Positions 1 to 8,081 are shown, numbered from the stretch's first letter. The stretch is DNA of 32,000 nucleotides from Candidatus Velamenicoccus archaeovorus (GCF_004102945.1 NZ_CP019384.1:1650001-1682000); one strand, 5' to 3'. Program-made: numbers and translations. The notes: a model not told the origin generated them from the sequence alone.

Positions 1-834
1 GATAAAAAGAAACCCTGTATCCAGGACCAGACAACCGTCGCGCGACCTGGCGATAGGCATCCCATAGCTGCCCACCTCTTGACCGCAGGATGCGGCTGCC
101 GCCTCCAGAGCCTGTGCGGCCTGGGCCTGTTTGGCGACCGCCGGAGTCAACCCCAAAAGGGCCGCTGCCGCATCAAACAGGCGGCCTGCGCTCGACGAAA
201 GCGGCGTCTGAACCCCCCGGGCGATCATCTGATCGATAAGACGGAGTGTTTTGGCAGGGATCTTTCCTGAAAACGGCGTGCGGCCGGCACCCGCTGTCCT
301 GAGGATCCCGTATGCGATGCGCCATGGCTCCCGGATCGCCGCTTCATTGCCGGCCAAGGGCTGATAATCCAGGTGGCCCGCGCGCACAAAACCTTTGGCG
401 CTGCAGTAAAAAAATTCGCCGCCCCACATCCGGCCGTCGGCGCCGAAGCCCGTTCCGTCAAAAGCCGCGCCGATGAAAGGCCGCCGCGTTTGCATATCGA
501 AAACGGCATTGGCCACATGGGCCCAATGATGATAGACGGCTTGGAGGCGGGCAGAGGGAAAGAGCTCTTTCTGAAGAAGAGGCGCCAGCCTCCGGCAAGC
601 AAAATGCGGATGAGGATCAAAAGCGATGACGGCCGGCCGCACGCAGTATCTTCGAACGGCAAAGGCGACCGCCTGCCGATAAAATTCCTCGATATCTTCC
701 GCCTCCAGCCGAGGAGACAACTGGAACAGGGTTTTTCCGTCAACCCAACAAAGACCCGGCCGCGTATCCGTGCCCAGAGCCAGAATACGCCGGCCCCCAT
801 CAAATTTCAGCGGTGTCTGCGTTACGGAAAACAT
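1..834 (-). CDS. HypF-like Kae1-type (C-terminal carbamoyltransferase) domain protein; the 3' end runs off the window
   Basis: Absent from the ORF track because there is no stop codon in the window. My translation from ATG 834..832 gives MFSVTQTPLKFDGGRRILALGTD...AVYHHWAHVANAV...GAAFDGTGFGADGRMWGGEFF...PLAGNEAAIREPWRIA...SSSAGRLFDAAAALLGL. These match the HHxAH, DGTGxGxDGxxWGGE, AIREPWR and GRLFDA blocks of the HypF C-terminal domain. An alternative GTG start at 864 makes a GTGA overlap with the upstream stop. No acylphosphatase, Zn-finger or YrdC part precedes it. Confidence 0.75.
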   Translation of the reverse strand, partial: MFSVTQTPLKFDGGRRILALGTDTRPGLCWVDGKTLFQLSPRLEAEDIEEFYRQAVAFAVRRYCVRPAVIAFDPHPHFACRRLAPLLQKELFPSARLQAVYHHWAHVANAVFDMQTRRPFIGAAFDGTGFGADGRMWGGEFFYCSAKGFVRAGHLDYQPLAGNEAAIREPWRIAYGILRTAGAGRTPFSGKIPAKTLRLIDQMIARGVQTPLSSSAGRLFDAAAALLGLTPAVAKQAQAAQALEAAAASCGQEVGSYGMPIARSRDGCLVLDTGFLFI

Positions 835-860
835 CTCGAAGGGCGCCCGAGTCCGGCGGC

Positions 861-2348
861 TCACTCCTTGCCGACGTAAGACCTTGTGCCGTGGGATTCC
901 TTCTCGAAATGGCCCACGTTATTCATGAAATCCCTCACACACAAGCCGACGAGGGGATCGTAATTGCGGTTATGCATGGCCCTCTGGATACGGCCCGGTT
1001 TTGAATAAAATTCGCGGAACGCCCAGGAACCAAGGTCCGCTATCTCCGGGACCGTCAGGTGGTTCGTCGGGATGATCGGCTGATGAAAATCCCACTGTCT
1101 GATCTTTTTGTTGAGGTCTTCCAGACGCAAGAGGCCTTTTTTGGTTGCCTCCTCCCAGATCGGCGATCCGGGGATGGGCGTCAAAAACTGAAGGGCGATG
1201 ATGTCCGGATCGACCTCATCGACAGCCTCAAAGCGCGCCTTGATCTTCTCTTCGTTATCGTCCTCGAAGCCCATCATCCAGGTCAACACCGTCGCGATCC
1301 CGGCTTCCCTGAGTTTCGCCACTGTTTCCTTGACCTGCTCGACGGTAATGCCTTTCTTGATCTTGCGCAGCTCCTCATCATCGGCGACTTCCAGGCCCAC
1401 AAGGCACATAAAACAGCCGGCACGCCGCAGGTCCTTGAACAAATCGATATCGCGGATAAAATACGGCGCCCTGCCCAACGGCATCCATTTCATCTTGTTG
1501 TCGCGACGCAAACACTCCTCGATCGTCTCTTCCACGCGCGAACGATAAACATTATACGTATCGTCCATCATGACAATGACACGCGTGCCGTGCTTTTCGT
1601 ACAAAATCTCCATTTCGTCGACGACCTTCTTGCCGGAACGATAGCGGTAATTTTTCAGGTCCTGATGCCCCCGGGGGTCATACTGGCCCCATTCATAGCA
1701 AAAGGTGCAGGCCGCCGGGCACCCGCGGGAATTCCACGTCTCCGAATAATTCTTCCAATAGGTATGGCTGACGTAGACATCCATGGGAAACAGATCGTAG
1801 GCCGGCATAGGCAAAGTGTTCAGGTCCTGGATGAGGGGCCGGTATGCATTGAGGGTGATCTTGCCGTTATCGCGCCAGCAGATACCCTTGACGCCGGCGA
1901 TGTCCGGCTTGGTCTTGACCAGCTCTTTCAATAACTCGCTCAACGTCAGCTCCGCTTCCCCTGCGATACAGAAGTCCAGGTGCGGATTTTCCTTCATGGT
2001 AAATTCCGACGCTGAAGCATAAAAGATGCCGCCGACGATGATCTTGACATGAGGATAGCGCTCCTTGATCTTGCGCGCCGCCTCATTGTAAATGAAAACA
2101 ACGGCCAATCCTCCGGTCGTATGCAGAATATCGCCGAGATAAACGATGTCGGCGCCGGACTCTCCCACCTTGTCGAGCATCTGCGCTTCCGTCAGGCCGT
2201 AGGCGCGGCAATCCAGGACGGCGAGCTCCAAGTCCGGGTTATGCTGACGCAAGAAACCCGCCAGCTGCGCATGGCCGATATTGATGGCTTTATGCGTTCC
2301 CCATGTCGCCCAGGCGCCCAACGGCGGTTGAACAAATAAAATCTTCAT
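861..2348 (-). CDS. B12-binding domain radical SAM enzyme (paralog 1)
   Basis: 495-aa ORF. The N-terminal Rossmann-like cobalamin-binding region reads MKILFVQPPLG...IVGG. The radical SAM cluster motif is SRGCPAACTFCYEW (CxxxCxxC). AAGGAGG lies 7 nt upstream of the ATG at 2348. It is roughly half identical to the ORF at 13862-15334 by eye. Confidence 0.9.
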   Translation of the reverse strand: MKILFVQPPLGAWATWGTHKAINIGHAQLAGFLRQHNPDLELAVLDCRAYGLTEAQMLDKVGESGADIVYLGDILHTTGGLAVVFIYNEAARKIKERYPHVKIIVGGIFYASASEFTMKENPHLDFCIAGEAELTLSELLKELVKTKPDIAGVKGICWRDNGKITLNAYRPLIQDLNTLPMPAYDLFPMDVYVSHTYWKNYSETWNSRGCPAACTFCYEWGQYDPRGHQDLKNYRYRSGKKVVDEMEILYEKHGTRVIVMMDDTYNVYRSRVEETIEECLRRDNKMKWMPLGRAPYFIRDIDLFKDLRRAGCFMCLVGLEVADDEELRKIKKGITVEQVKETVAKLREAGIATVLTWMMGFEDDNEEKIKARFEAVDEVDPDIIALQFLTPIPGSPIWEEATKKGLLRLEDLNKKIRQWDFHQPIIPTNHLTVPEIADLGSWAFREFYSKPGRIQRAMHNRNYDPLVGLCVRDFMNNVGHFEKESHGTRSYVGKE

Positions 2349-2510
2349 TCGTATCCTCCTTAATTTTGCCTATATTGAGGTTTCTCTTCCTTACAAAATT
2401 AACTCCGCGGCTTGCGCCGTAAATTTTTGCCGGATGGCCGTCCTGGCGAAGCCGACGGCCTACCCTGGAAAAATTGACAAGCGTTGAGACAAGGGATAAA
2501 CGCTTATTCC
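2349..2510 (-). repeat. Intergenic cassette copy 1 (hairpin module plus promoter/RBS-like core) before radical SAM paralog 1
   Basis: The core on the minus strand is ACCTCAATATAGGCAAAATTAAGGAG (2381..2356), preceded by TTGTAA (2396..2391). A long AT-based stem (2421-2433 with 2464-2475) encloses GGCCGTC/GACGGCC (2436-2442 with 2454-2460) and the motif AGGGTAGGCC. Confidence 0.7.
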
Positions 2511-3431
2511 CTATAACTTTACCTCCTGAAAAATCCTCTCCAAGGTCCCGCCCAAGATATCCCGGCGGTCCTTTTCCGCTATATCCAAGTCATGCAGGAT
2601 CCCCATGGACCCCTTGACATCTTTTTTTGCCGGATAATCACTGCCCCAGACGATATGGCCGGGGCCGAAAAGCTCCAGGGACGACAGGTAGTTTGCCGCC
2701 GTTCTGTCGCCGCTGGTATCCACATAGATGCGCTTGAGATACGCCGAGGGGAGGTCCCCGAGGTCGCGGACGAAATTGACACCCCTCAACATCGTGTATG
2801 TCGCGTCATAGCGGTGCGCAATAAAAGGCGTGACGCCGCCGAAATAGGCAAAGATGAAATTCAGCTCCGGGAACCGCTCGAAGACCTGGGACATGAGCAG
2901 CTTGCCCACGCACATGGTCGTTTCAAAAACATATTCAATCACCGGCGTCAGGAGGGGATCTTCCACTTTCTCGGATCCGATAGGCTTGACGATCTGGGGA
3001 TGGACAAAAACCGGCACCCCCTCGTCCTGCGCCAGGGCATAAAGATCAAAATACCGCGGGTCGTCCAAAAATAAGCCGTTGGTGCTGGTCGCAAGAGAAA
3101 TGGCCCGAAAACCCTGTTCGGCCGTCGCCTTCTTGTACGTATCGACCATGCCTTTTTTCTCATCGACCGGAAGGACGACCGCGCCGATGAATCTCTCCGG
3201 ATATTTACGCAGGACTCCGGCCACGCTCCCGTTAAAGACCTCCGCCACCTCTCTGAAGCCTCCCAGGCGCACAAAAGCATCGGAGGTCGGATAGCTCAAA
3301 ACCGCGCGGTCAACCCCCGCCTCGTCCATGGCCTTGAGATGGGCTTCGATATCTCCCCAGGCCTTGGAGTAAAAATGGGCGGAGCTTATGATCTCCTGCG
3401 GCAACCAGTGACTATGGGCGTCGATAATCAT
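2511..3431 (-). CDS. Amidohydrolase_2 / ACMSD-type metal-dependent hydrolase or decarboxylase
   Basis: 306-aa ORF. The N-terminal MIIDAHSHWLP (HxH metal motif) and the C-terminal GSDYP are typical of the amidohydrolase-2 family, which includes non-oxidative aromatic acid decarboxylases. Confidence 0.8.
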   Translation of the reverse strand: MIIDAHSHWLPQEIISSAHFYSKAWGDIEAHLKAMDEAGVDRAVLSYPTSDAFVRLGGFREVAEVFNGSVAGVLRKYPERFIGAVVLPVDEKKGMVDTYKKATAEQGFRAISLATSTNGLFLDDPRYFDLYALAQDEGVPVFVHPQIVKPIGSEKVEDPLLTPVIEYVFETTMCVGKLLMSQVFERFPELNFIFAYFGGVTPFIAHRYDATYTMLRGVNFVRDLGDLPSAYLKRIYVDTSGDRTAANYLSSLELFGPGHIVWGSDYPAKKDVKGSMGILHDLDIAEKDRRDILGGTLERIFQEVKL

Positions 3432-3492
3432 ATGGATTCATAAAGTTCGTTGAGTTCATAGAATTTTTTAACTCAAGAGGCTCAAAAAACTA

Positions 3493-4176
3493 TCAATTTA
3501 ACGGCTCCAGGCTGACGTCATCCACATCGATCGTGCCTTTGGCGATGGCGATCGGCTCGAACTGAAAACTCATGACGGGAAAATCCAGGGCGCCGTTAAC
3601 ATCCGCCGTCGGCGGCTGCCAATCGCCCCTAGGGAAAAACTGGTCGAAGGGACAAACGACCTGCTTCCAGCCTTTCGTGTCATCCGTCACCATAAAACGG
3701 AACATCTCGCCGCCGGCGTCCTTGATATCAAAAGCCATCCGCATCCCCGACGCCGTGCCGTAGAGATAAAAACTGAGCGCGCCATAGCTCGACCAGGGGA
3801 TATCCTGCGGTTTTTTCGTCCACCGGTCGGCCCCTTTCACATCCAGGTTGAATCCCCGCGCCACCCAGATATATCCGCCGCTGACGGCGTCGTAATCGAT
3901 CTTCAAAGACTGCTCTCCTGATTTTTTATTTTCCTTATCGGCGCTGACGGCCACGCTTGAGCCGTTCCCGGCGCCGGCGTCAATGGTCCCCTTGGGATCC
4001 GAGATGATGGGCCCCTCAAAATCATCCAGGACAAAAGCCTTCGGGGCATCCTGGGCCTGGACGCAACCGGCCACAAGCAGGACCGACAAAAAAAACAACT
4101 GTCCCGCTTTCGCCGGAACATGGCCGAAAAACCTTGCGCGGCGCTTACAAACATTTCCACATGGATGCATCAACAT
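3493..4176 (-). CDS. Predicted lipoprotein with a CBM/CIA30-like beta-sandwich domain
   Basis: 227-aa ORF. The signal peptide has a basic n-region and a lipobox LLVAGC. The mature part has a DDFEG...SLKIDY...W..Y.ALSFYLYG...W pattern resembling carbohydrate-binding or CIA30-like modules. The family assignment is weak. Confidence 0.6.
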   Translation of the reverse strand: MLMHPCGNVCKRRARFFGHVPAKAGQLFFLSVLLVAGCVQAQDAPKAFVLDDFEGPIISDPKGTIDAGAGNGSSVAVSADKENKKSGEQSLKIDYDAVSGGYIWVARGFNLDVKGADRWTKKPQDIPWSSYGALSFYLYGTASGMRMAFDIKDAGGEMFRFMVTDDTKGWKQVVCPFDQFFPRGDWQPPTADVNGALDFPVMSFQFEPIAIAKGTIDVDDVSLEPLN

Positions 4177-4188
4177 AACGACTCCTTG

Positions 4189-4962
4189 TTATTTAGTCGG
4201 ATGGTTCTGTTTCAACGGAATAACGGGTTTTGTCCACGGCGTCTGCTGGTTGATGACCGAGATCTCCAGAGGACAGACGTTTGCCGGGACCGTCAGGGCG
4301 AACTTGACCGCATTCTCGATCGCCTCCGTCGACATAAGACGGCTGCGGTCTTCGGAGACGTCCTTGAGCTTACCCGTCAGTTCCGTATCCGTCACGCCGG
4401 GCAACAACGACGTCACCTTGATGCCGTAATCGCGCATCTCCCAGAAAAGCCCTTTGCCGAACTTGCGCAGGGCCCACTTCAACGAGGTATAGACGATGAA
4501 ATTCCGCGGCGGCGGATCGACCATGGTCGATCCGGAAACCATGTTGATGACCGCCCCGCCCTTGTTGGCGACAAAATGATTGATGATCAGACGCGTCAGC
4601 ATGACGTAGCCGAAAAAGTTAGTATACATAAGCTTCTCGATGTCTTCGAGGGGTTGCTCGTGGAACGGATACTGGCTGGAAACGCCGGCATTGTTGATGA
4701 GCGCATCGATCTTTTTGTATTCCTTGATCGAAACATTGACCAGGTTCTCCAGGTCCGCCTGCTTGCTGACGTCGCAAGGCACGGCCAAGACCTTGACGCC
4801 GTAAGCCTTGGCGATCTGGGCGGCTGTCGCCTCCAGCGTCTCCTTGCCTCTGGCCGCAATCACAAGATTCACGCCTTCTTTCGCCAGGCTCTCGGCAATG
4901 GCCCGGCCGATGCCGCGGCTGGCGCCCGTAATGATGACCGCTTTCCCTTTTAATGACGTCAT
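4189..4962 (-). CDS. Short-chain dehydrogenase/reductase (candidate polyketide ketoreductase)
   Basis: 257-aa ORF with TGASRGIG cofactor motif, NNAG, and catalytic YTSLK (YxxxK). Its start overlaps the MFS stop as ATGA at 4959-4962. Confidence 0.9.
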   Translation of the reverse strand: MTSLKGKAVIITGASRGIGRAIAESLAKEGVNLVIAARGKETLEATAAQIAKAYGVKVLAVPCDVSKQADLENLVNVSIKEYKKIDALINNAGVSSQYPFHEQPLEDIEKLMYTNFFGYVMLTRLIINHFVANKGGAVINMVSGSTMVDPPPRNFIVYTSLKWALRKFGKGLFWEMRDYGIKVTSLLPGVTDTELTGKLKDVSEDRSRLMSTEAIENAVKFALTVPANVCPLEISVINQQTPWTKPVIPLKQNHPTK

Positions 4963-6086
4963 GCCAACTCCTTTTTTAAAATTTTATCTGTTTGAAGATA
5001 CATCAAAAACAAGGCAACCGCAAAAACGGCAAAACCCGGCGCAAACCCCCTCTGCATGACCCAGCCGCCGGCGATCACGCCCAGTCCGCCGGAAACGAAC
5101 CGCACGGAACTGTTGAGACTCGAGATCTCCTTGATGTAGTGCTTGTTCAAATCCGTCAAATGCGTCGAGAGCCCGGCATGGTTCATGGTCCAGCCGAATC
5201 CCCAGATAAGCAGGATGACGCACAAGGCGGCCACGGCCTTAAAAAAGATCAGGATCGCCAAAGACAGGACCATCAGGAAAACGCCCATCTTGAGCGTCGG
5301 AATACGCCCCTGGCGGTCGGACAAGAACCCGCCCATGGCTTCGCCGAAAATGCCGGCGATGCTTGCCATGGTCAGGACCATCGATACCCAAAACTGACGC
5401 AGACCCAATCCTTGCGCAAAATACACCCCCAGCCACTGCCGCACGCCGTGATACAGCATGCTGATCAAAAAAATATAGGCAAAGGCCGCCAGGATCCCTC
5501 GGTCCCGGAAGGCCTCGGCATAGCGCATGCCGACCTCATCCCGCCTCTCGGCGGAACCGAAAGGCGCGCCGGCAAGCGTCGCCGGAAAATGACGCGCCGT
5601 CAAAAAAGCCGTGATCCCGCCCAGCACCGCCGGGATAAAAAACATGGCCCTCCAGGGGATGATACCGCTCAAAAAAAGCCCGCTTAAATCCGCGATAAAC
5701 GTCGCACTGAAAAACAGCCCGACAGCTTTACCCCTGCCGTCTTGCGGGGCATGGTCCGCGATATAGATCAAAGACAGCGGTGTGATGGCTGCCGCAAACA
5801 TCCCGACGAGTAACCTGTAGACAAAAAGCTGTGAGATATCGGCGGCGATCCCGGACAAAAAACTGAAAATCGAAAAACACAAGAGGCTTGCGACCGCGAT
5901 ATGCCGGTTCTCAAACACACGCGTCAAAGGGCCGTAGAGAAGCGCCATGATGCCGTAAGGCAGCATGTAGGCCCAGTTGATGCGGCCCGCCACAAAATCA
6001 GAGATGCCGAAATCCGAGGCGATGGCCGGCACGATGGCCGATACCGACGCCACATTAAACGCGATACAAAACCCTTGCAGGCACAA
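4959..6086 (-). CDS. MFS transporter
   Basis: 375-aa ORF, highly hydrophobic with about 12 predicted TM segments and typical MFS loop motifs. The start is uncertain. The only candidates are TTG at 6086 or an unusual codon further upstream, and an in-frame TAG lies about 60 nt upstream. Confidence 0.8.
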   Translation of the reverse strand: MCLQGFCIAFNVASVSAIVPAIASDFGISDFVAGRINWAYMLPYGIMALLYGPLTRVFENRHIAVASLLCFSIFSFLSGIAADISQLFVYRLLVGMFAAAITPLSLIYIADHAPQDGRGKAVGLFFSATFIADLSGLFLSGIIPWRAMFFIPAVLGGITAFLTARHFPATLAGAPFGSAERRDEVGMRYAEAFRDRGILAAFAYIFLISMLYHGVRQWLGVYFAQGLGLRQFWVSMVLTMASIAGIFGEAMGGFLSDRQGRIPTLKMGVFLMVLSLAILIFFKAVAALCVILLIWGFGWTMNHAGLSTHLTDLNKHYIKEISSLNSSVRFVSGGLGVIAGGWVMQRGFAPGFAVFAVALFLMYLQTDKILKKELA

Positions 6087-6131
6087 TATCGAAAAATCAG
6101 AACGCTTGATAGCAACCTCTCTAAATTTGCC

Positions 6132-6288
6132 AATGTCCGATTCCTAAATCCGAATGACGAATAAATTCTTAATGTCAACCCATGCTCCCCGGCCTAAAGG
6201 GCGGAGCCTTAGGCCGCGCAGAGTCAAAGATCAAAATAACGAAGCCCCCGAACTTTGGCCATTCGTCATTCGACATTTATTGGACATT
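6132..6288. repeat. Long-range hairpin element between the MFS and SRPBCC genes
   Basis: AATGTCC (6132-6138) pairs with GGACATT (6282-6288). CGAATGACGAAT (6151-6162) pairs with ATTCGTCATTCG (6261-6272) as a perfect 12 bp. The apical hairpin is GGCCTAA/TTAGGCC (6191-6197 with 6209-6215). Confidence 0.55.
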
Positions 6289-6307
6289 CATCATTTGGAA
6301 TTCGGAA

Positions 6308-6751
6308 TTAAACTTGTGCAGCTTCTTTTTCTATCACTCTTTTGAAAATTTCCAGGTTCTCCCTGGAGTGCTTATTGATGAACCCTTCCACCTGCTCGTC
6401 ATTGAACTTGGCCTTCTTGTCCATCGTGAAATGCTGGATCCAGGTCAAGATGACGCCGTCGGGAGTCGGCGTATAGAGCCAGATGATCTTCATGTACTCA
6501 AAGGGAAATTTCGGGTCTAGCCTCTCGGCGTACGTAAAATAATCCTTTTTGAACAGGAGCCTGAAGGACTGCCAAGAACGGCCCTCGTCGTCCGTCAGCT
6601 GGAAGACGATCTTGCTGGCCTCTTTTTTGACGACCCTGGCCTCTTTATACTCGCCGCCGAACAACTCCGTCCATCTTGGGATATCGTTGGAGATATCGAA
6701 TATCTTCTCATAAGGCGCTTTGATCGTGATCGAATTGCAGGTATATCCCAT
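6308..6751 (-). CDS. SRPBCC-fold polyketide cyclase/aromatase-like protein
   Basis: 147-aa ORF. Its size and pattern (ITIKAPYEKIFDISNDIPRWTELF...) fit the TcmN-type Polyketide_cyc2/SRPBCC family. GAGGGG lies 7 nt upstream of the ATG. Confidence 0.7.
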   Translation of the reverse strand: MGYTCNSITIKAPYEKIFDISNDIPRWTELFGGEYKEARVVKKEASKIVFQLTDDEGRSWQSFRLLFKKDYFTYAERLDPKFPFEYMKIIWLYTPTPDGVILTWIQHFTMDKKAKFNDEQVEGFINKHSRENLEIFKRVIEKEAAQV

Positions 6752-6850
6752 AATAAACCCCTCAATTTCTGCTGAATGTGTTTGTCTGAAATTGACCCCG
6801 AGCCCTCCCCTCCCTGACGTCTATCGCAGAGGCGAGGGGCCTTTCTTCTC
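6752..6850 (-). repeat. Element B copy 1 (hairpin plus conserved 29-mer) before the SRPBCC cyclase gene
   Basis: On the plus strand, ctcaatttc..gctgaatgtgtttgtctgaaattgaccccga...gcgaggggcc spans 6759-6841. The same blocks recur at 25188-25267. Confidence 0.65.
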
Positions 6851-7657
6851 TCACTCTTCTATGATCGCAACGGCCCGCGTCCAGCCGGCGCCCGCATCCT
6901 TCACCTTGACGGGAAAACAGCACACCTTGAAACCGAAGGGCTTTGGGATGTCTCCCAGGTGGCCCAGACGTTCCATGTGGACATATTCGCGCTTGCGCCC
7001 CAAAAAGTGGCAGGGCCAGATCTTCTGTTTGTCCTTGGTGTCCAGGAATTCCTTAAACATCTCGAAGCATGGCCGGTCCAAGCCGATCGTGTCGATGCCG
7101 AGCATCCTGACACCCTGGTCCAGGATGTATTCCAGGGCGTCGGGAAGCATGCCGACATATTTGTTGACGTAGTCCGGCGTCCCCACGAGTTTGTCCCCTC
7201 CCGTATAAATAAGAACAATGTCATTTTTTTGGAGCCTATAGGAGATACGCTTGAGGGCGGCGACGACATCAGCTTTCGCGATGTTCTGCGGGTATCTCAG
7301 GTGCGTAAAATCCAAGACGACCCCGGCACCATAGCACCATTCCAAAGGAAGGTCGGCGATCTTCCTGGCGGGTTTGCCTTGGCATTTCGAACCGTAATGG
7401 AACGGCGCATCCACATGCGTGCCCATATGAACGGAGGCGTGGACGATCTCCAAAGAGAGCATCTCGCCGTCGGGAACCTCCTCCGGCATCGCCGCCCGCT
7501 CACCTTTCCGGAAACGCTCTTTGCCGCCGGGCTGCCTGGCCATCACGATCTCATTGAAATGCTCGACACCCTCGGCATGCGCGATCCTGTCGATCCTTGC
7601 CGCATGGGTCTCGGCCAGCGTATCGTCAATAGGAAGGCTCAAATCAATGATCTTCAT
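6851..7657 (-). CDS. Putative cyclase family protein (PF04199, kynurenine formamidase/polyketide cyclase-like)
   Basis: 268-aa ORF with the family signature HMGTHVDAPFH (HxGTHxDxPxH). Its start overlaps the upstream gene's stop as ATGA at 7654-7657. Confidence 0.85.
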   Translation of the reverse strand: MKIIDLSLPIDDTLAETHAARIDRIAHAEGVEHFNEIVMARQPGGKERFRKGERAAMPEEVPDGEMLSLEIVHASVHMGTHVDAPFHYGSKCQGKPARKIADLPLEWCYGAGVVLDFTHLRYPQNIAKADVVAALKRISYRLQKNDIVLIYTGGDKLVGTPDYVNKYVGMLPDALEYILDQGVRMLGIDTIGLDRPCFEMFKEFLDTKDKQKIWPCHFLGRKREYVHMERLGHLGDIPKPFGFKVCCFPVKVKDAGAGWTRAVAIIEE

Positions 7658-8046
7658 TTCGTCTCAACCAATTTCTGCAACAGGTTCAGTTTTTTCCGTT
7701 CCCAGACGGAAAAGCCAAGAACAAAAATCCCCATCACCATCGTCAGCGTCTGGGCAAAACGGATCGTGAGGACCTTGAGGATCGCCCTTGGCGCGATGAT
7801 CAACGTCTTCGTCACAGCCAACAGTTTCTTCTCGCGGAGAGAAAGCGGCCCGGCTGTATCCAGCTTACTCAAGATCACCCGCTCCTCTGCGCCGGGTCTC
7901 AAAAGATAAGCCTGCAGACGCTGGCTGGAAAACGCCAGAAAAATCCAGGAAAAAACAACACAGGCGATAAGCGCCCAGCCGCAGAAAAACAACCTGCGGT
8001 TCGCCCTGCGCCATCTCAACAACTGTTCCTGAAGGACCGTATCCAT
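7654..8046 (-). CDS. Small integral membrane protein, unknown function
   Basis: The ORF has two clear hydrophobic segments (FFCGWALIACVVFSWIFLAF and MVMGIFVLGFSVW). I prefer the ATG at 8046, which has AGGAGG 7 nt upstream, over the track's TTG at 8085. Confidence 0.6.
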   Translation of the reverse strand: MDTVLQEQLLRWRRANRRLFFCGWALIACVVFSWIFLAFSSQRLQAYLLRPGAEERVILSKLDTAGPLSLREKKLLAVTKTLIIAPRAILKVLTIRFAQTLTMVMGIFVLGFSVWERKKLNLLQKLVETK

Positions 8047-8081
8047 CACCCGCCTCCTGGCCTTGGATATAGCGAAACCGA

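Noticed and set aside
225-879. Track ORFs 225-803 (-) and 373-879 (+)
   Set aside because: Both have Arg/Pro/Gly/Ser-rich, motif-free translations. The third minus-strand frame over the same DNA gives clean HypF C-terminal motifs, so these are shadow frames.
1059-1934. 291-aa plus-strand ORF antisense to radical SAM paralog 1
   Set aside because: It has low-complexity, Arg/Asp/Leu-biased composition and no motif. The opposite strand carries the CxxxCxxC radical SAM gene.
4120-4953. 277-aa plus-strand ORF antisense to the SDR gene
   Set aside because: It has shadow-frame composition, while the minus strand has TGxxxGIG and YxxxK.
6959-7909. 316-aa plus-strand ORF antisense to the cyclase and membrane protein genes
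   Set aside because: It has no recognisable domain and spans two well-supported minus-strand genes.
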